Notes under the pieces: generated by a model
Told to the model about the DNA's origin: nothing
Seen by the model: the letters and a program-made list of their open reading frames with translations, nothing else
The model's database searches: none
Shown: one piece after another, positions 52,126 to 64,000 of the stretch
Position numbering within the stretch: position 1 is the stretch's first letter
Layout of the letters: every line of letters starts with the position of its first letter
Position numbers and translations under genes: made by a program
DNA from: Eledone cirrhosa
Lineage: Eukaryota
Assembly: GCA_964016885.1 (NCBI GenBank)
Contig: OZ024740.1
Location: forward strand, 238,576,001-238,640,000
Direction: 5' to 3'
Length of the DNA stretch: 64,000 bases

Positions 52126-52961
52126 ATGTTATTTTGATGGCTCAATAACAGATGGCAGAACAACAATCTTTTAATAATTTATATCAGAATTTCCAGATTG
52201 GTGGTTTCGTCATCTGCTTAATGTTATAAGTTAGTTATAAAAAAAAGCTTCATGCCACAGTGACCACAATAAACAACTTCCATTGTATTCATGAATTATT
52301 CTTTCATGACTTCATGCTGCCATTGAACTTTTAAAATTCTATGATTCAGCAGAAAATATCTAAAAATGGATTTGTTACTTCAAATGTTTATAGTATCTTT
52401 ACTAGTGGACAAATTGTGAAAATTTGCAGTGTTAGGCTTTAATTTTTAATATAATGCAGTCATAGATAATGTTGTTTTGTATTTTTCAAGAATGTCTTGC
52501 TAATGTGGTACCAGACGTTAATAGTTTACACAAATCATTATATTATATCATATATATCTAGTGTTAATTCCTAAACTAAGCAAGTAGATAAAATATAAAA
52601 TTTGCGAAGTTAAAAAAGTTCATGTGCAAGCAGGGAAAAGTGGACATAAAATGATGATGATGATGATTAACTGCTTTTGTTTATGAAGACCAGTACAACT
52701 AGTTTACTTAGATTTTACTTTTTCTTTAGTTCTTTTCCTTTGCAATTAAACTTTAATACAATTTAAGATAACATGGGTTTATGACCGAAGAATGAAATCT
52801 AGATATAATTAAAGAAACAGAATGAATAATATAGGAAATAAATATGGTAAGAACGAAATGAAGATAATTGACAAACATTTTAATGAATAAAGGAATTATA
52901 AGTTTTCTATACAAAACTAATAAACACAAATAGCATATTTTGTTGTGAATAGTTTACTCAC

Positions 52962-53083
52962 TTCCAGTAACAATAATAACAGTGTGACATTCTCTGTAGT
53001 TTTTATGAAAATCTCAGTGAACTGACCCCCTAAGTCATCTGGAATGTGATTTGACAACTCATCTTCTGTCAGTGACATAGAAT
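52962..53083 (-). CDS. USO1: USO1 exon E3: DSMSLTEDELSNHIPDDLGGQFTEIFIKTTENVTLLLLLLE (alternative in-frame acceptor at 53065)
   Basis: ttcag| and |gtgagt; DLGGQFTEIFIK motif; the 5' border is ambiguous by 18 nt. Confidence 0.88.
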
Positions 53084-54146
53084 CTGAAGTGTAAACCAAA
53101 AAATGAAAATCAGTTATATAATAATATTAGAACAAGTTATCATTATAAAGAATGTCTTTTTGTTGTCATTAGAAGATTTTCTACATTTTTCCATTATTAT
53201 TTTTTGTTTTTATTCTAGCAAATAATTTTCATTTTCAAATAATTTGTTTTATTTGCAATTAATTGTATAATAAATTGCACAATAAAATGCACCCAATACA
53301 CTGTAAGGTGGCTGGTCTTAGGAAAGTCGTCCAGCTGTAGAAACCTTGACATCTGGTCTTGGGTTGTGACAAACTGTCCAACCCATTCCAGCATAGAAAC
53401 CAAATGTAAAACGTCAGCATTCACAGGAAAAATGTCACTGAAGACATGAAAGTACTTGTGAAAATATGAAATAAAATGTGAAAATCCAGCTATTTTGAAA
53501 TTTGATTGGCTAATATATTATCTGTACACAATTATATAAACTGTGATATATATACTATATGCTATGGTATGGACCCGTAATTCCTGAGGGAGTCATATGA
53601 GCACCGTTGTGGCATTCAGCATTTTTAACCCTGGTGGAGTCCATCCCTCTCCAGGTCTGAACACAGTAAATTTCTTCCAGAGAGATTGAGAGTGAAAGAG
53701 ATAAAGAGAGTAAGAGCTATAGAGGAAGAATCGACTCCAGTCCTGGACTGGTACTTTTTTTATCAACCTCGAAAAGATGAAAGACAAAGTTGACCTCAGC
53801 AGGGTTTGAACTCTGATAGAAGACAGTCAGAATGAACACTGCAAAACATTCCATCTGATATTCTAACAACTCTGCCAATTTGCAGCCTACAATATATAGA
53901 AGCACTACACACTCCAAGATAAATTGAAATGTAAATACATGAGCATGTGTTTTTAACAAAAATATATTTAACCTTGTTGAAAAAAGCATGGTTGAACTAC
54001 ACAGAAAAAAAAACCCTGTAGTTTAACTAGTGTCTGCTTTTCACAAGGGGTGGTAAATATGTATTTTTTAAGAACTCATGCACATAAATTTACCTTACAT
54101 TCCTACACACAAACATGTAGTAGTAGTAGGAGAGATATAAATTTAC

Positions 54147-54220
54147 CATCATCTGAAGGTTCATTTGACATTATGTTACAAAGTGTGTCCAAAGCATAAC
54201 CAATAATCTCTGCATCGCTC
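54147..54220 (-). CDS. USO1: USO1 exon E2: SDAEIIGYALDTLCNIMSNEPSDD
   Basis: tatag| and |gtaaat, 74 nt, phase 2 to 1. Confidence 0.94.
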
Positions 54221-54344
54221 CTATAAAATACAAAATAACAATTAGAAGAGTTGTAAGGAAAAGGAAACCTAAAATGTTCAAAGGATATATTTGTTAAAAA
54301 TCTGTGTATAGTAAATTATTGCTGTCTCTATAAAGAAAGTAGAA

Positions 54345-54530
54345 CTTCTTTTTCACCCACTTACACCTGAGGGAGTCGTGGGGGCAGAGTCCTCAAACAC
54401 TCGTTCTAGTGGGTCTTGTTATAAGTTACTGTCTCCAATTGATTTGGCTGGATCCCTAAGCGAGACCAGCTGAGCTCATAGATATTATCTAACCATCATG
54501 CTCAGGGTCTACTCCTTGGAAGTGTCCGAC
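54345..54530 (-). mobile_element. RTE LINE 3' end of the family at 2582-4151 (another copy ~59030-59200)
   Basis: cctgagggagtcg...actgtctccaa...ggtctactcct is the reverse complement of 3960-4125. Confidence 0.7.
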
Positions 54531-55369
54531 TCCCACATTGAATAGTTTTGATTTAGCACCATTTATCTGAACACAAATACTCAAGCATTCATATAGAGAC
54601 ATCAGGGCAACAAGAAGCTGTCCATCGATCACATACTCTTGCAGAACAGGTGCTTCATTTTATCATCCCTGTAAGGATGATAGGCAAAGCTAACCTCAGC
54701 GGGATTTGAATACAGAACATAAAGAGATGTAACTACATGCCACAAAGCATGCTGTCCAACACTCTACCAATACTGCCATTCTTGCATAAAATTCACAAAA
54801 GTTACTAAGTTCATCTACTACAAGGAGAGGTTAATTCTAATGTTTAGGACAGGTACCTTCATCGAGAGATCTTCCTGCCAACTTTGTCATCTCTGTAAGT
54901 TTCAGCTTCTCACAAACTCTTAGTCTTCCTTGGGCTCTTTCAACTGCAGCTTCCTTCCACTGGCATTTCTTGGCACTTATCACCCAACTATCATCATCCA
55001 TATGCATCACATGACCATACCAGCACAGTATTTTTTTCTGGACACAACATCTGATTCTTCTTACATCCAGTTTTTTTTTTCAGCTCATTCATACTTTGTT
55101 GTTCCCATTAACATTACACATCCATCGGAACATACTTGCTTCATTTCTCTCCAGCTTCCACATATCCTCTCCATTCATTGCTCATGTCTCACTAATAGTT
55201 AATGACACTAAACTGTTTATCCCAGCAAAGACAATCTTAAAATTATCAGAAATAATAAACTAGTCATGTATACAAAGTCAAATTTCAATTAATAAGACTA
55301 ACTGGAAATTAGATAAAAAAGTAACAGGTAAATAAATAAGGATAAGATAATATATCATAAAATACTGAC

Positions 55370-55434
55370 CTGTCAGTCTCCAGCACTTTGATAAGGATAT
55401 CCATTGCTTGAGTTCCAACCTCCAGAGCATATTT
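55370..55434 (-). CDS. USO1: USO1 exon E1: KYALEVGTQAMDILIKVLETD(R)
   Basis: ttgtag| acceptor, |gtcagt donor, 65 nt, homologous to p115 KYRLEVGIQAM. Confidence 0.93.
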
Positions 55435-55614
55435 CTACAAAAAAACAAAACAAAACACAAACAAATGTAAGGAAATATTCTAGTTGTTATTAACAATGTC
55501 AAACTGTAGGTTCCATATTATTAAATACACTGCTCGAGATATATAATATTGAAAATTATAAAATTCCCATACTATAAGTGGAAAACAAATTTTGATCCAC
55601 CAACAAAACAAATA

Positions 55615-55957
55615 TCATCATCATTTCATCATTTCATTTTTACGTCCACTTTTCCCTGCTTGCAAGGGTGGGACGGGAACTGATTCTGGCTTGATTTCTA
55701 CAGCTGGATGCCCTTCCTAACACCAACCTCATTTACAGTGAGTGCTGGGTGCTTTTTTGCCGTGGCACCTCCACAACCACTTTGCAGTGGAATGATAGGG
55801 ACCCCAATCCTATCATCTCATTTCTACAGCTGAGTAAACTGGAGCAATGTGAAATAAAGTGTCTTGCTCAAGGAAACAACGCATCACCCGGTCTGAGAAT
55901 TGAACACAACCTTTTGATTGCAAGGCCAATGCTCTAACCACTAAGCCATGTGCCTCC
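55615..55957 (-). mobile_element. SINE family B copy (internally shorter)
   Basis: Head, hairpin and RTE tail as at 41824-42191. Confidence 0.8.
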
Positions 55958-57821
55958 AAATATGAGGGGAGAAATATAAATATTATCATTACCATTATTT
56001 AATGTTCATTTTCCCTACTAACAAAGGTTGGATAGATTACCATAGACAAAGTTAGTATTTAATCAGAGCCACTGATCTTTCAGATAGGCCATGGAAGCAT
56101 CTTGCTTACATATATTCCCACACTCTACAACATTTTGAAGAAAATTGATAAATTTATAGCAAATATGAAACTGTTACTGCTGGCAAAGCCTATTAGAGCT
56201 TCAAACAAAATTCCTTGTATTTTTTCTCTACAGTCTGAGTTCAAATTTTGCCAACATCAACATTGTTTTTCAACCTTTTGAGTTTGATAAAATATAGTAC
56301 CAGTTCAAGGCAGTGGATTAGCAGAAGTGTTAGACAAAGCTGTCTTGCAGTATATATTCCAGTTCTTTACATTCTGATTTCAAATCCTGCTGTGGCCTAC
56401 TTGAGTGGTACACTTAGTTTGTTACTCAGTTTACTACCACCACCTGGCCCTTGAGTACCATTAGTAGAATCTACTCTGTTGTAAACATTTGGGTCAGATC
56501 TCTAGTTTGAGAATTAATTCTTTCCCTATCTCACCAGTATTAGAAATATTGAAAAGGGCTGTGGGCACTGTTCTTCCCTCCCTGACTAGAGTATAAACAA
56601 AAAAAGAAAAAGATATGATGAGATATTTTAGTGAAAGAGAGAGGTTAAGTTTCTAGTGTTTTGTAAATTGGAACAGTTACTTCCGAAAATTATCTATTAA
56701 TCAATTCAAAAAAGGATAGCCAAATCACTAAGAAAGGACATGAGAAGGATTCCAACCTTAACATCAATTAACAATAAATAATTGTATTTTAACACCAGCT
56801 AAAGACAGACTGAAGGAAAAATTGCGGAAAGGATAATGACTTGCTTCAAGGTAAAATTATATAATGTACTATAGAAGGTAAAAATGATAAGGAAATAACA
56901 ACAATAGATAGAATAGCTTAAGGCTGAAAAGAGTGGTGTGTGGTTAAAACAACAAGTCAACTATGTAGAGGCGAAAGTGGTGATGGGATAATGAATTAAA
57001 TTAAATCCAGTTTATTGTCACTGTGTCCAAGTACAATGTAAAGTGTTACAGCCAAACAGAGTAAGCAGTAATAGAGAAAAGAAATTCATTTAAAAGTCAG
57101 GTGAACAAGTTAGACAACATGTTTGCTTAACTAAGAAAGAAGCAGAAAATAGAAGATTGAGAAATGTTCTGGGAAGACAAGGAATATAAACAACTGCAGG
57201 TTTCAGCAGTAAATAAGTCACACTATCTTTGTATTTATAATATTTTGACCTTTGTCCTGTACATAAATTGCATGTTACTTTTCATGAATACTGATTGCAA
57301 CTTTGCTTGCAATTGTAATTAAATAATAAACAAAGATCTAGAGAAATTCCTTCTGCTGAAACAAAATTTAAAATCAAAAAGAGCAAATTTAACAAAGGAT
57401 AAATTTAGAAAGTAGGAAATAAGACAAGGCTTTATTTCCTTCAGGAAAATGGTCATGCTTGATATGCAGAAAAGGACTCCACAGAAATTCTACATGACAT
57501 ACCCAATATAAAATAGGAGTACACAAGAGGTGTAGTGGGATTGCAGGGAAGGTAAGCTTTGTATGTGGTAGATGTTCAGTAAAAAAAAGTACCAAGGAAG
57601 GTTCTATAGAAGTAGTTAATAGAGCGAGAAAAGTTCAGGAAAATACTACCTCTGCTGGCAATGAAAGGCACTGAATGTGGAGTTTATTCAAAAGTAATGA
57701 ATTGAGCAGGCTCTTTTGGATGTACAACATTAGTGTACATGAATTAGGAAAAAAAACTGGGTATAGAAGAAATCAAAAGACATGTGCAAGAGAGAAGATT
57801 ACTTTGGTACAAATATATAAT

Positions 57822-58008
57822 TGTTTCTACTTTGGGCACAAGGCCAGAAATTATTCCCCTGCATTACTGGTGCTTTATTCTATTGACCCTGTAAGGATGA
57901 AATGCAAAGTTAACTTCGGCGGGATTTGAACTCAGACTGCAAAGGGCCGTAACTCTATGCTGCAAAGCATGACGTCCGACCCTCTACCGATACTGCCAAT
58001 CCACCGCC
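57822..58008 (-). mobile_element. SINE family A, full length with TSD
   Basis: Flanking direct repeat ctttggtacaaatatataat at 57802-57821 and 58009-58028. Confidence 0.88.
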
Positions 58009-58659
58009 CTTTGGTACAAATATATAATGCACATGGATGATGATTGTTGGATGAAAAAGTGTTCCAAGTGGAAGGAGGCCATGAAAGAGGAAGACTATCA
58101 AAGATCTGAGCTGAGGTGGTGAGTGCTGATCTCAGGAGATAACAAAGGAAAGAGACAAGTATAGAAATACTGTATTGGAGAAGACTCGTCTAACCTACGC
58201 AAGCATGGAAAAAAATGGATGTAAAAATGCTGCTGATGATCTTTAGTTTCATTACAATCCTTACCTGTTATAATCAAATCACCTTCTTAGTGAGGCACTT
58301 GTTCAATCTGTTGTCGTAAAAGTTCTTTAGATAGCAATTGATATTCTGTTCTATCTATTGCATTGAAAATGTCACTTTTAAAAGGATTTCATCACTATTT
58401 CATTTATAATACATTTTCATGCCTTTTTCACGCACTACAACAATATCTAGGTATTTCAAAGCACCCCACCTCTGTTAATTCTTTTTTCCAGATACCATCC
58501 ATGTGTTCCCCAACTTTCTTACATGTTTTTTACATGGCTTATTTAGTGAAACAGCTAACAGTAGTAGAAGTTATGTTCAACCTCCATGGATGATCACTTG
58601 CTTAATTTTTTTTTCTTCCTGTAAATTCATATTTAGATTCACATAAATGTGAATGGAAT

Positions 58660-58970
58660 ACAAATACCATCAGCAAAGTGAAAGTTAGCAATGAGTTCAA
58701 TAAGGAATTTAGTGTGCAGGTAAGTTGGCAACTCCTGTATATTGATGACATAGTTTCCATAACTGAATCTATAAAAGAATTAGAGAAAAAAATTCCAAAT
58801 ATGGGAGTAAAGCCTAGAATGTATAGCAAAGAGAGAAGTTTTAATTAGCAGGAAAGAAGACAAGACTACTGCCATCACGGAGGTGGGCATGTTCAATATT
58901 CACAAAAGTAAATAAGTACTGTATACCAAATGTGAGTTATGGGTGCACAAAAGATGCAGTAGGATCACAG
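58660..58970 (+). mobile_element. Decayed LINE reverse-transcriptase remnant
   Basis: SKVKVSNEFNKEFSVQV...WQLLYIDDIVSITESIKELEKKFQIW (YxDD motif). Confidence 0.6.
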
Positions 58971-59594
58971 GCTGCCAATGAAGAAAGAAATAGATATCCT
59001 ATAACAGAGATTTAAACATTCTGGTTTTCTTCTTTGCCCACATATTCCTGAGAGGGTTGTGGGGACAGAGTCCTCAGACATGCTTTCCAGAGGATCCTAT
59101 CTGAATCAACTGTCTCCAAATGATCTGGCTGGGACCTCAAGTGAAACCAACTGAGTTTATGGATGTTATCAAAACATCTTGATCATGGTTCACTTCTTGG
59201 TTTCCTGCCACTTGGCTTTGCCCATAAAATATGCCCAATATGCCCAGTGATATTTTATTTAGGCATTCTAACCAAATGTCTGTATTATAAACCTTGTTCA
59301 CATTAAAGTATATTTTATTGAACTTACAACTAAAATATTCCCAAACACTGTAATAAATAATTAGCAAGCACAAAAAAAAACTCCACTCTAATCTTTATGA
59401 GAATGTTGAACAAAATAACTAGTGGTATTATTAAGGTATGGCTTTTTACATGTTAAGTTCTAAGTCACCTTAACATTTCATCCATCTGTCGGTGGTGAAA
59501 TAAAGTACCATTGAAATACTTGGGTCAATATAATCAAAATGTGTGGCTTTGTGACAATGTTAGAAATCAATATTATTATCATTATCATCATCAA

Positions 59595-59730
59595 AGGCGG
59601 TCGATTGGTAGTATTCTGTGCAGCACAGAGTTACGGCCCTTTACAGTTTGAGTTCAAATCCCGCCGAGGTTAACTTTGCCTTTCATCCTTATGAGGTCGA
59701 TAAAATAAACCACCAATAATGCACTGGGAT
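59595..59730 (+). mobile_element. SINE family A copy (partial)
   Basis: gagttcaaatcccgccgaggttaactttgcctttcatcc. Confidence 0.75.
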
Positions 59731-60064
59731 AATTATCATTATCATCATATCAATATAGAATAAAGTGGCAGTTATTATAATAATAATAATTATTATTATC
59801 ATTATTATTATTATTATTATTATTACTACTACAGCAGAAGTGTTATCAGCTCCTTGAGACCTTTGAAGCTCAGTTCAGAAAAACAATAAATCGATCATAG
59901 ACTTTATACAAACAGTTAATGCATCTTTCATCAAGTGAGTCATTAATAATATCATGTAGCAGGAGAAAGCCAATTGTGAAAGTTTGTAGGCTAGTTCATT
60001 GGAAGGGAATATAGATACACTAAAAGGAAATACGAACAGAAAGTGCTGCCACCATCACCTAGAG

Positions 60065-60701
60065 CAGTGGTTCTCAACCTTTTTTTTGCCAACGGCACAC
60101 CTTGGAACACATGAAAAAATAGCGGCACACTGAAAAATATATGCACACTAATGACGATGAATTTTTTTTTTCAAAAATATCAAAAAAGGCTTCTGTTAAT
60201 GACTGGTTTTCTCATTCTAAAAATGTAAAAATCATAGCTTATTCGGATTTTCTCAAAAGAACTCTGAAAATTACGCTATTTTTCAACCATTTTTGGTCAA
60301 ATCTCAGCAAAAATTAGGACTAGATGAAAAAGAAATATATCATTTGTCTCAGTTTTAGAAGTAGATTCTAGCATAAAAGTGAAAAAAAATGCATGATATA
60401 ATAATTTTTTTTTCTTCCGGGCGGGGGGTCCCCTCCACCTTAACACAATATTGACCAATATCCATTCATATGATCAATACTAATGACGAATGAAATAAAA
60501 GATATAGAGTTTTTAGCATTGCAAGATTTGGAAACATTTCGCTCATCCCTAAATGAACAAAGCTATGTGGTGCAACGTGTTACACCACAGACTGAATACT
60601 CAATTGGGATTACGAGGTTTTTTTGCATTTTCTTAGTGGGCCGTTCAAAATTTTGCGGCACACTTAGGAAGATCTCGCAGCACACTGGTTGAGAATCACT
60701 G
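60065..60701. mobile_element. Non-autonomous hAT (Charlie-type) DNA transposon, 637 bp
   Basis: TIRs cagtggttctcaacc / ggttgagaatcactg; perfect 8-bp TSD acctagag (60057-60064, 60702-60709). Confidence 0.92.
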
Positions 60702-61556
60702 ACCTAGAGCAACATCAATTAAACAAAGAAGATCCACCCAACCTGTTAGAAGTAGTAGCCAAATTACCTTAAATCACATTCAAAAAGGATGAACACAACT
60801 AGATACACAAAAAGGGATGGTCATAGATGGAATGTCTTTGACAATAGATCTGCTCAATCAGAGATGATTTGGGGAACATCAATAGCAGATTGTATCTAGT
60901 AGATCATCATCATTGTCATCATCACTTTTACATTCACTTTTTCATGCTGGGTGGCACATATTGTGAGGGGCATAAACGCATCACCATTTGCATTTTAAAT
61001 GATGTCTAAGGGAGGTACATGCAGAGGCTGACATACACACACATATGCATACATATATATATATGTATAGGAAATGGGCTTCTTTACAGTTTCTATCAAC
61101 TGAAGTCATTCACAAGGCAGTGGTTGGCCTGAGTCTTGTAGGAGACATTTCTCAATGAGATTGAACACAGAACCATGTGGCTATGAAACAATCTTCTTAA
61201 CCATATTGTAATATCAGTTATGAATTAATGTCTAGATATTTTATTCACATACAACATTCATTTGATTAGAAAAACTTCAAATACAGACCACAGCATGAAT
61301 ACGAAATACTGAGAGTATGTAATAAATCAGTGAAATATTTACTCAAACAAGAAGATGGAAGGTTCACAATTTACATCATGAAATTCATTCTTTGTGACCA
61401 TATTTCTAATGTAAAACAGTCTATAATTTTCAAATAATTTTGAAAACAATCAAGAATTTGAAGGGATTTAGTAATATGACTTTCTCATTAAGCATGGGTT
61501 AGAACATAAAGTTTCTTACATAAAATTATAATGGAAGGTTTTTAGATAAATATAAA

Positions 61557-62048
61557 CATCATCATCACCGTTTTATGTCCGTTCTTCCATGCTAGCATGG
61601 GTTAGACGGGTTGTCCTGTTGTGGGCAGTGTCTGGTCGGCTGACCATGCCTTGCTCATACAGGAACTGATTTTGGCTCGATTTCTACAGCTGGATGCCCT
61701 TCCTAACACCAACCTCATTTACAGTGAATGCTGGGTGCTTTTTTCCGTGGCGCCTACACGTCCACTTTACAGTGTGGGCTGGGTGCTTCTTTGCCGTGGC
61801 ACCTCCACGACCACTTTGCAGTGGGACGGTGTGGGGTCATATTGTCTATATGCTTCAGCTTGTACCCATGGGAGGTCGGGTACTCTGTATTACTGCGTGA
61901 CGCCAGAGGTCATGGTCGTGTGTCATCGCCTTTGAGAGGTGTAATTGGGTAAGGTCGGCTTTCATCACCTCATCCCAGGTCTTCTTGGGTCTCCCCACTC
62001 CGCGGTTTCCATTGACTTCTAGTGCTCTGCACCTTTTTATGCAGCTGT
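61557..62048 (-). mobile_element. 5'-truncated RTE LINE 3' end
   Basis: Very similar to 15705-16195; ORF 61855..62073 SCIKRCRALEV...GRPKKTWDEV. Confidence 0.9.
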
Positions 62049-62249
62049 ATAACAAACACTTTATAACAAACAATTTTGTGTCATAAAACCAATGCCAGTT
62101 TCATGTGATTTAACATCAAAAAGGTTAATTACATTTGTGTTTACTATTACTCGAGTTCTTACAGATGTACAAACTTTTTTATAGTACAGGGTTTAAATAG
62201 AGCAGATGCATTTTAATGACGTGGTAGCTGTTTGAATTAAATATCTTAT

Positions 62250-62478
62250 TTAATCCTTTAGCATTTAAACTGGCCGTATCCGGCCAGAATTCTCTCACCT
62301 CTTTCTGTTCAAACTAGCTGTAACTGGCTGCTCATACTTATGTTAAGGTATTGTTCTCAAAATAAATAATATCAAAATCTCATAGATTCGATATTATGTG
62401 AAATAATTATGCGAAGTAAAGTCTTTACCATGAAAATATCATAGTAAATATAGAGCAATGTAAATGCTAAAGGGTTAG
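62250..62478 (+). mobile_element. piggyBac-type MITE
   Basis: ttaa-tcctttagcattta ... taaatgctaaaggg-ttag; homologous to 37690-37905. Confidence 0.78.
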
Positions 62479-62532
62479 TTCAAAGTAATATCAATAATAT
62501 ACTGAAGTTATAGCAATAGACCAGGCTACTTC

Positions 62533-62786
62533 CAGTAGCGTGCAGAAGGGGGGTGGGGGTGACAGTGTGTTGGCCCCGGGTATCATTTGGGAAAAGAACT
62601 TCATAAATTGGATTGATTTATATTAAAGTCGAATAAAGCATTTATTTCATGTTTCATCTGTGTTTACATATTCAAAATGTTTTCCTTTCTCATAATATTT
62701 CTCAGTATATTAGACCTTATACTCGAGTCTTTGGGGCATACACTCAAGATTTGCCCTGGGCATCACCAGAGCTCTGCACGCTGCAG
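62533..62786. mobile_element. hAT-like MITE, 254 bp
   Basis: TIRs cagtagcgtgcaga / tctgcacgctgcag; 8-bp TSD gctacttc / gctgcttc with 1 mismatch. Confidence 0.7.
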
Positions 62787-64000
62787 GCTGCTTCCTTACA
62801 AAAATTGGCAAGAAGCTTAAAAAGAAATCAATAGTATAGAAGGGGTAAGCACTTGCAAAAAAAAAAAAAAAATCTGGTTATGATTGGCTGTTATTTCACT
62901 TCAATTTTCCACCAAAAATGTGAGACTGAATATCTATGTAAGAATTCTGTTATTGAAATTCTTCAGCATTATTTAACTTTCATTTTCCTTGTTAGCAAGG
63001 ATTGGACATGTCACCATAAAGAAAGTCAATATTTAATCAGAGCTAGGGAGCTGCATCTTGCTTACATATATTCTTGCACTTTACAGAATGCATTTCATTG
63101 TGGCAGCTGCACTAGGGAGCTTGTCATGTCTTGCTGCTATTTCTAGCAAGCCAAGCAACTTTTTCACTTTTATTTAAATGAATTTTCTTATAGACTCTCA
63201 CTACAATAATAACACTTAAAAGAGAAAACTTTCTATACTTAGAGAAGAATGGAAACCCAATATTGTGCACATATGTTTTTAACAATACACTAGGAAATTT
63301 TGAATTTAGCTCATGGATCCTCAGGGATCTAAAAAACTCCAGAACCTCTAAAACAGATAGAGACTCTTTTTAGTACTAAGGGAAAATTGCAAGTGTATAG
63401 GAACCTGTGGATGTGTATTTATGCTGAGAAAATGAATGAATCTTTAATTCTACAAATTCATAGGTATACAGCATATTAAACTCTAAACATCCTGAAATAA
63501 TTTAACAGAAAATATTTAAAAACAGATTTGTTAATTCAAATGTATATAGTGATTTTACTAGTGTGCAGATTATTGTAAGAATCTGCAGTAAACTAAAGTA
63601 AATATTTTAATGTTTAATGTTATACAATGCAGCAGTCATAATGTTGATGTGTACTTTCCAGGGATGTCTTGCTAATGTGGTTTTATGCAATATAAGATGT
63701 TAAGAGTTAAAGTACTGGTTTGGTTTGAAAACTTAAACCATTTATATTTTCTTTTTTCTTATCCTGTTTAAAAACTTCACCAGCAGGCAGTTTTAATTTT
63801 TAAAATGGATGAAATTTTGCCCACAGGTGAGGTGAAGAGTTTCTCACTCTTGACATTGAGGCTCTTTCACAGGCTTGTCTATTATTGAAATGTCTTCTGA
63901 ATGTAACAAATTAAAGTCAAGTACAATTTTAATTGTATCCTTTAATATACTATCAAGATTAACATTGTAGTTTTGTTTCATTAGCTGTTTTACAAGCTAG

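Larger units (their letters stand above)
2127..55434 (-). other. USO1: USO1/p115 vesicle tethering factor gene, internal part (18 coding exons in window, 769 codons; N- and C-terminal exons outside window)
   Basis: Spliced translation matches the p115 armadillo-like head (KYALEVGTQAM, FHVRWP, IQKIVAFENAFERLLDII, PFVLRCAVLYCFQ, REQLLRVQLATSLGNPPVSLLQQC) followed by coiled coil; phases join without frameshift. Confidence 0.97.

Noticed and set aside
55435-64000. Search for USO1 5' exons (start codon and the ...STLLDDRR... exon) and a promoter
   Set aside because: No matching sequence found by eye; they presumably lie beyond 64000. The donor-like site near 58262 has no open homologous frame

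Overview
This is AT-rich animal genomic DNA, not prokaryotic. The repeat landscape resembles a coleoid cephalopod, probably Octopus, which is my inference and was not checked. The window is spanned by one minus-strand gene, USO1/p115 (general vesicular transport factor, Golgi tether). I traced 18 internal coding exons (E1-E18 in transcription order, 55434 down to 2127). All have AG/GT borders and consistent phases, giving 2307 nt = 769 codons with no stop. The first exons lie beyond the right edge and the last beyond the left edge. One intron (14455-15068) is U12-type (minor spliceosome). The introns hold a 25-bp minisatellite (~3.4 kb) and a 40/42/44-bp satellite (~10.9 kb) with higher-order structure; the latter generates all the Cys-rich ORFs in the track. 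They also hold a Penelope element, RTE LINE fragments, three tRNA-derived SINE families, a Helitron, hAT and TTAA MITEs and a CRE-like remnant. The most notable observations are the U12 intron, a sense-strand hammerhead ribozyme motif with a competing palindrome, an in-frame partial exon duplicate, a SINE/LINE partner pair and histone-type stem-loops in a foldback. I found no CRISPR array, operon or clearly new multi-gene system.
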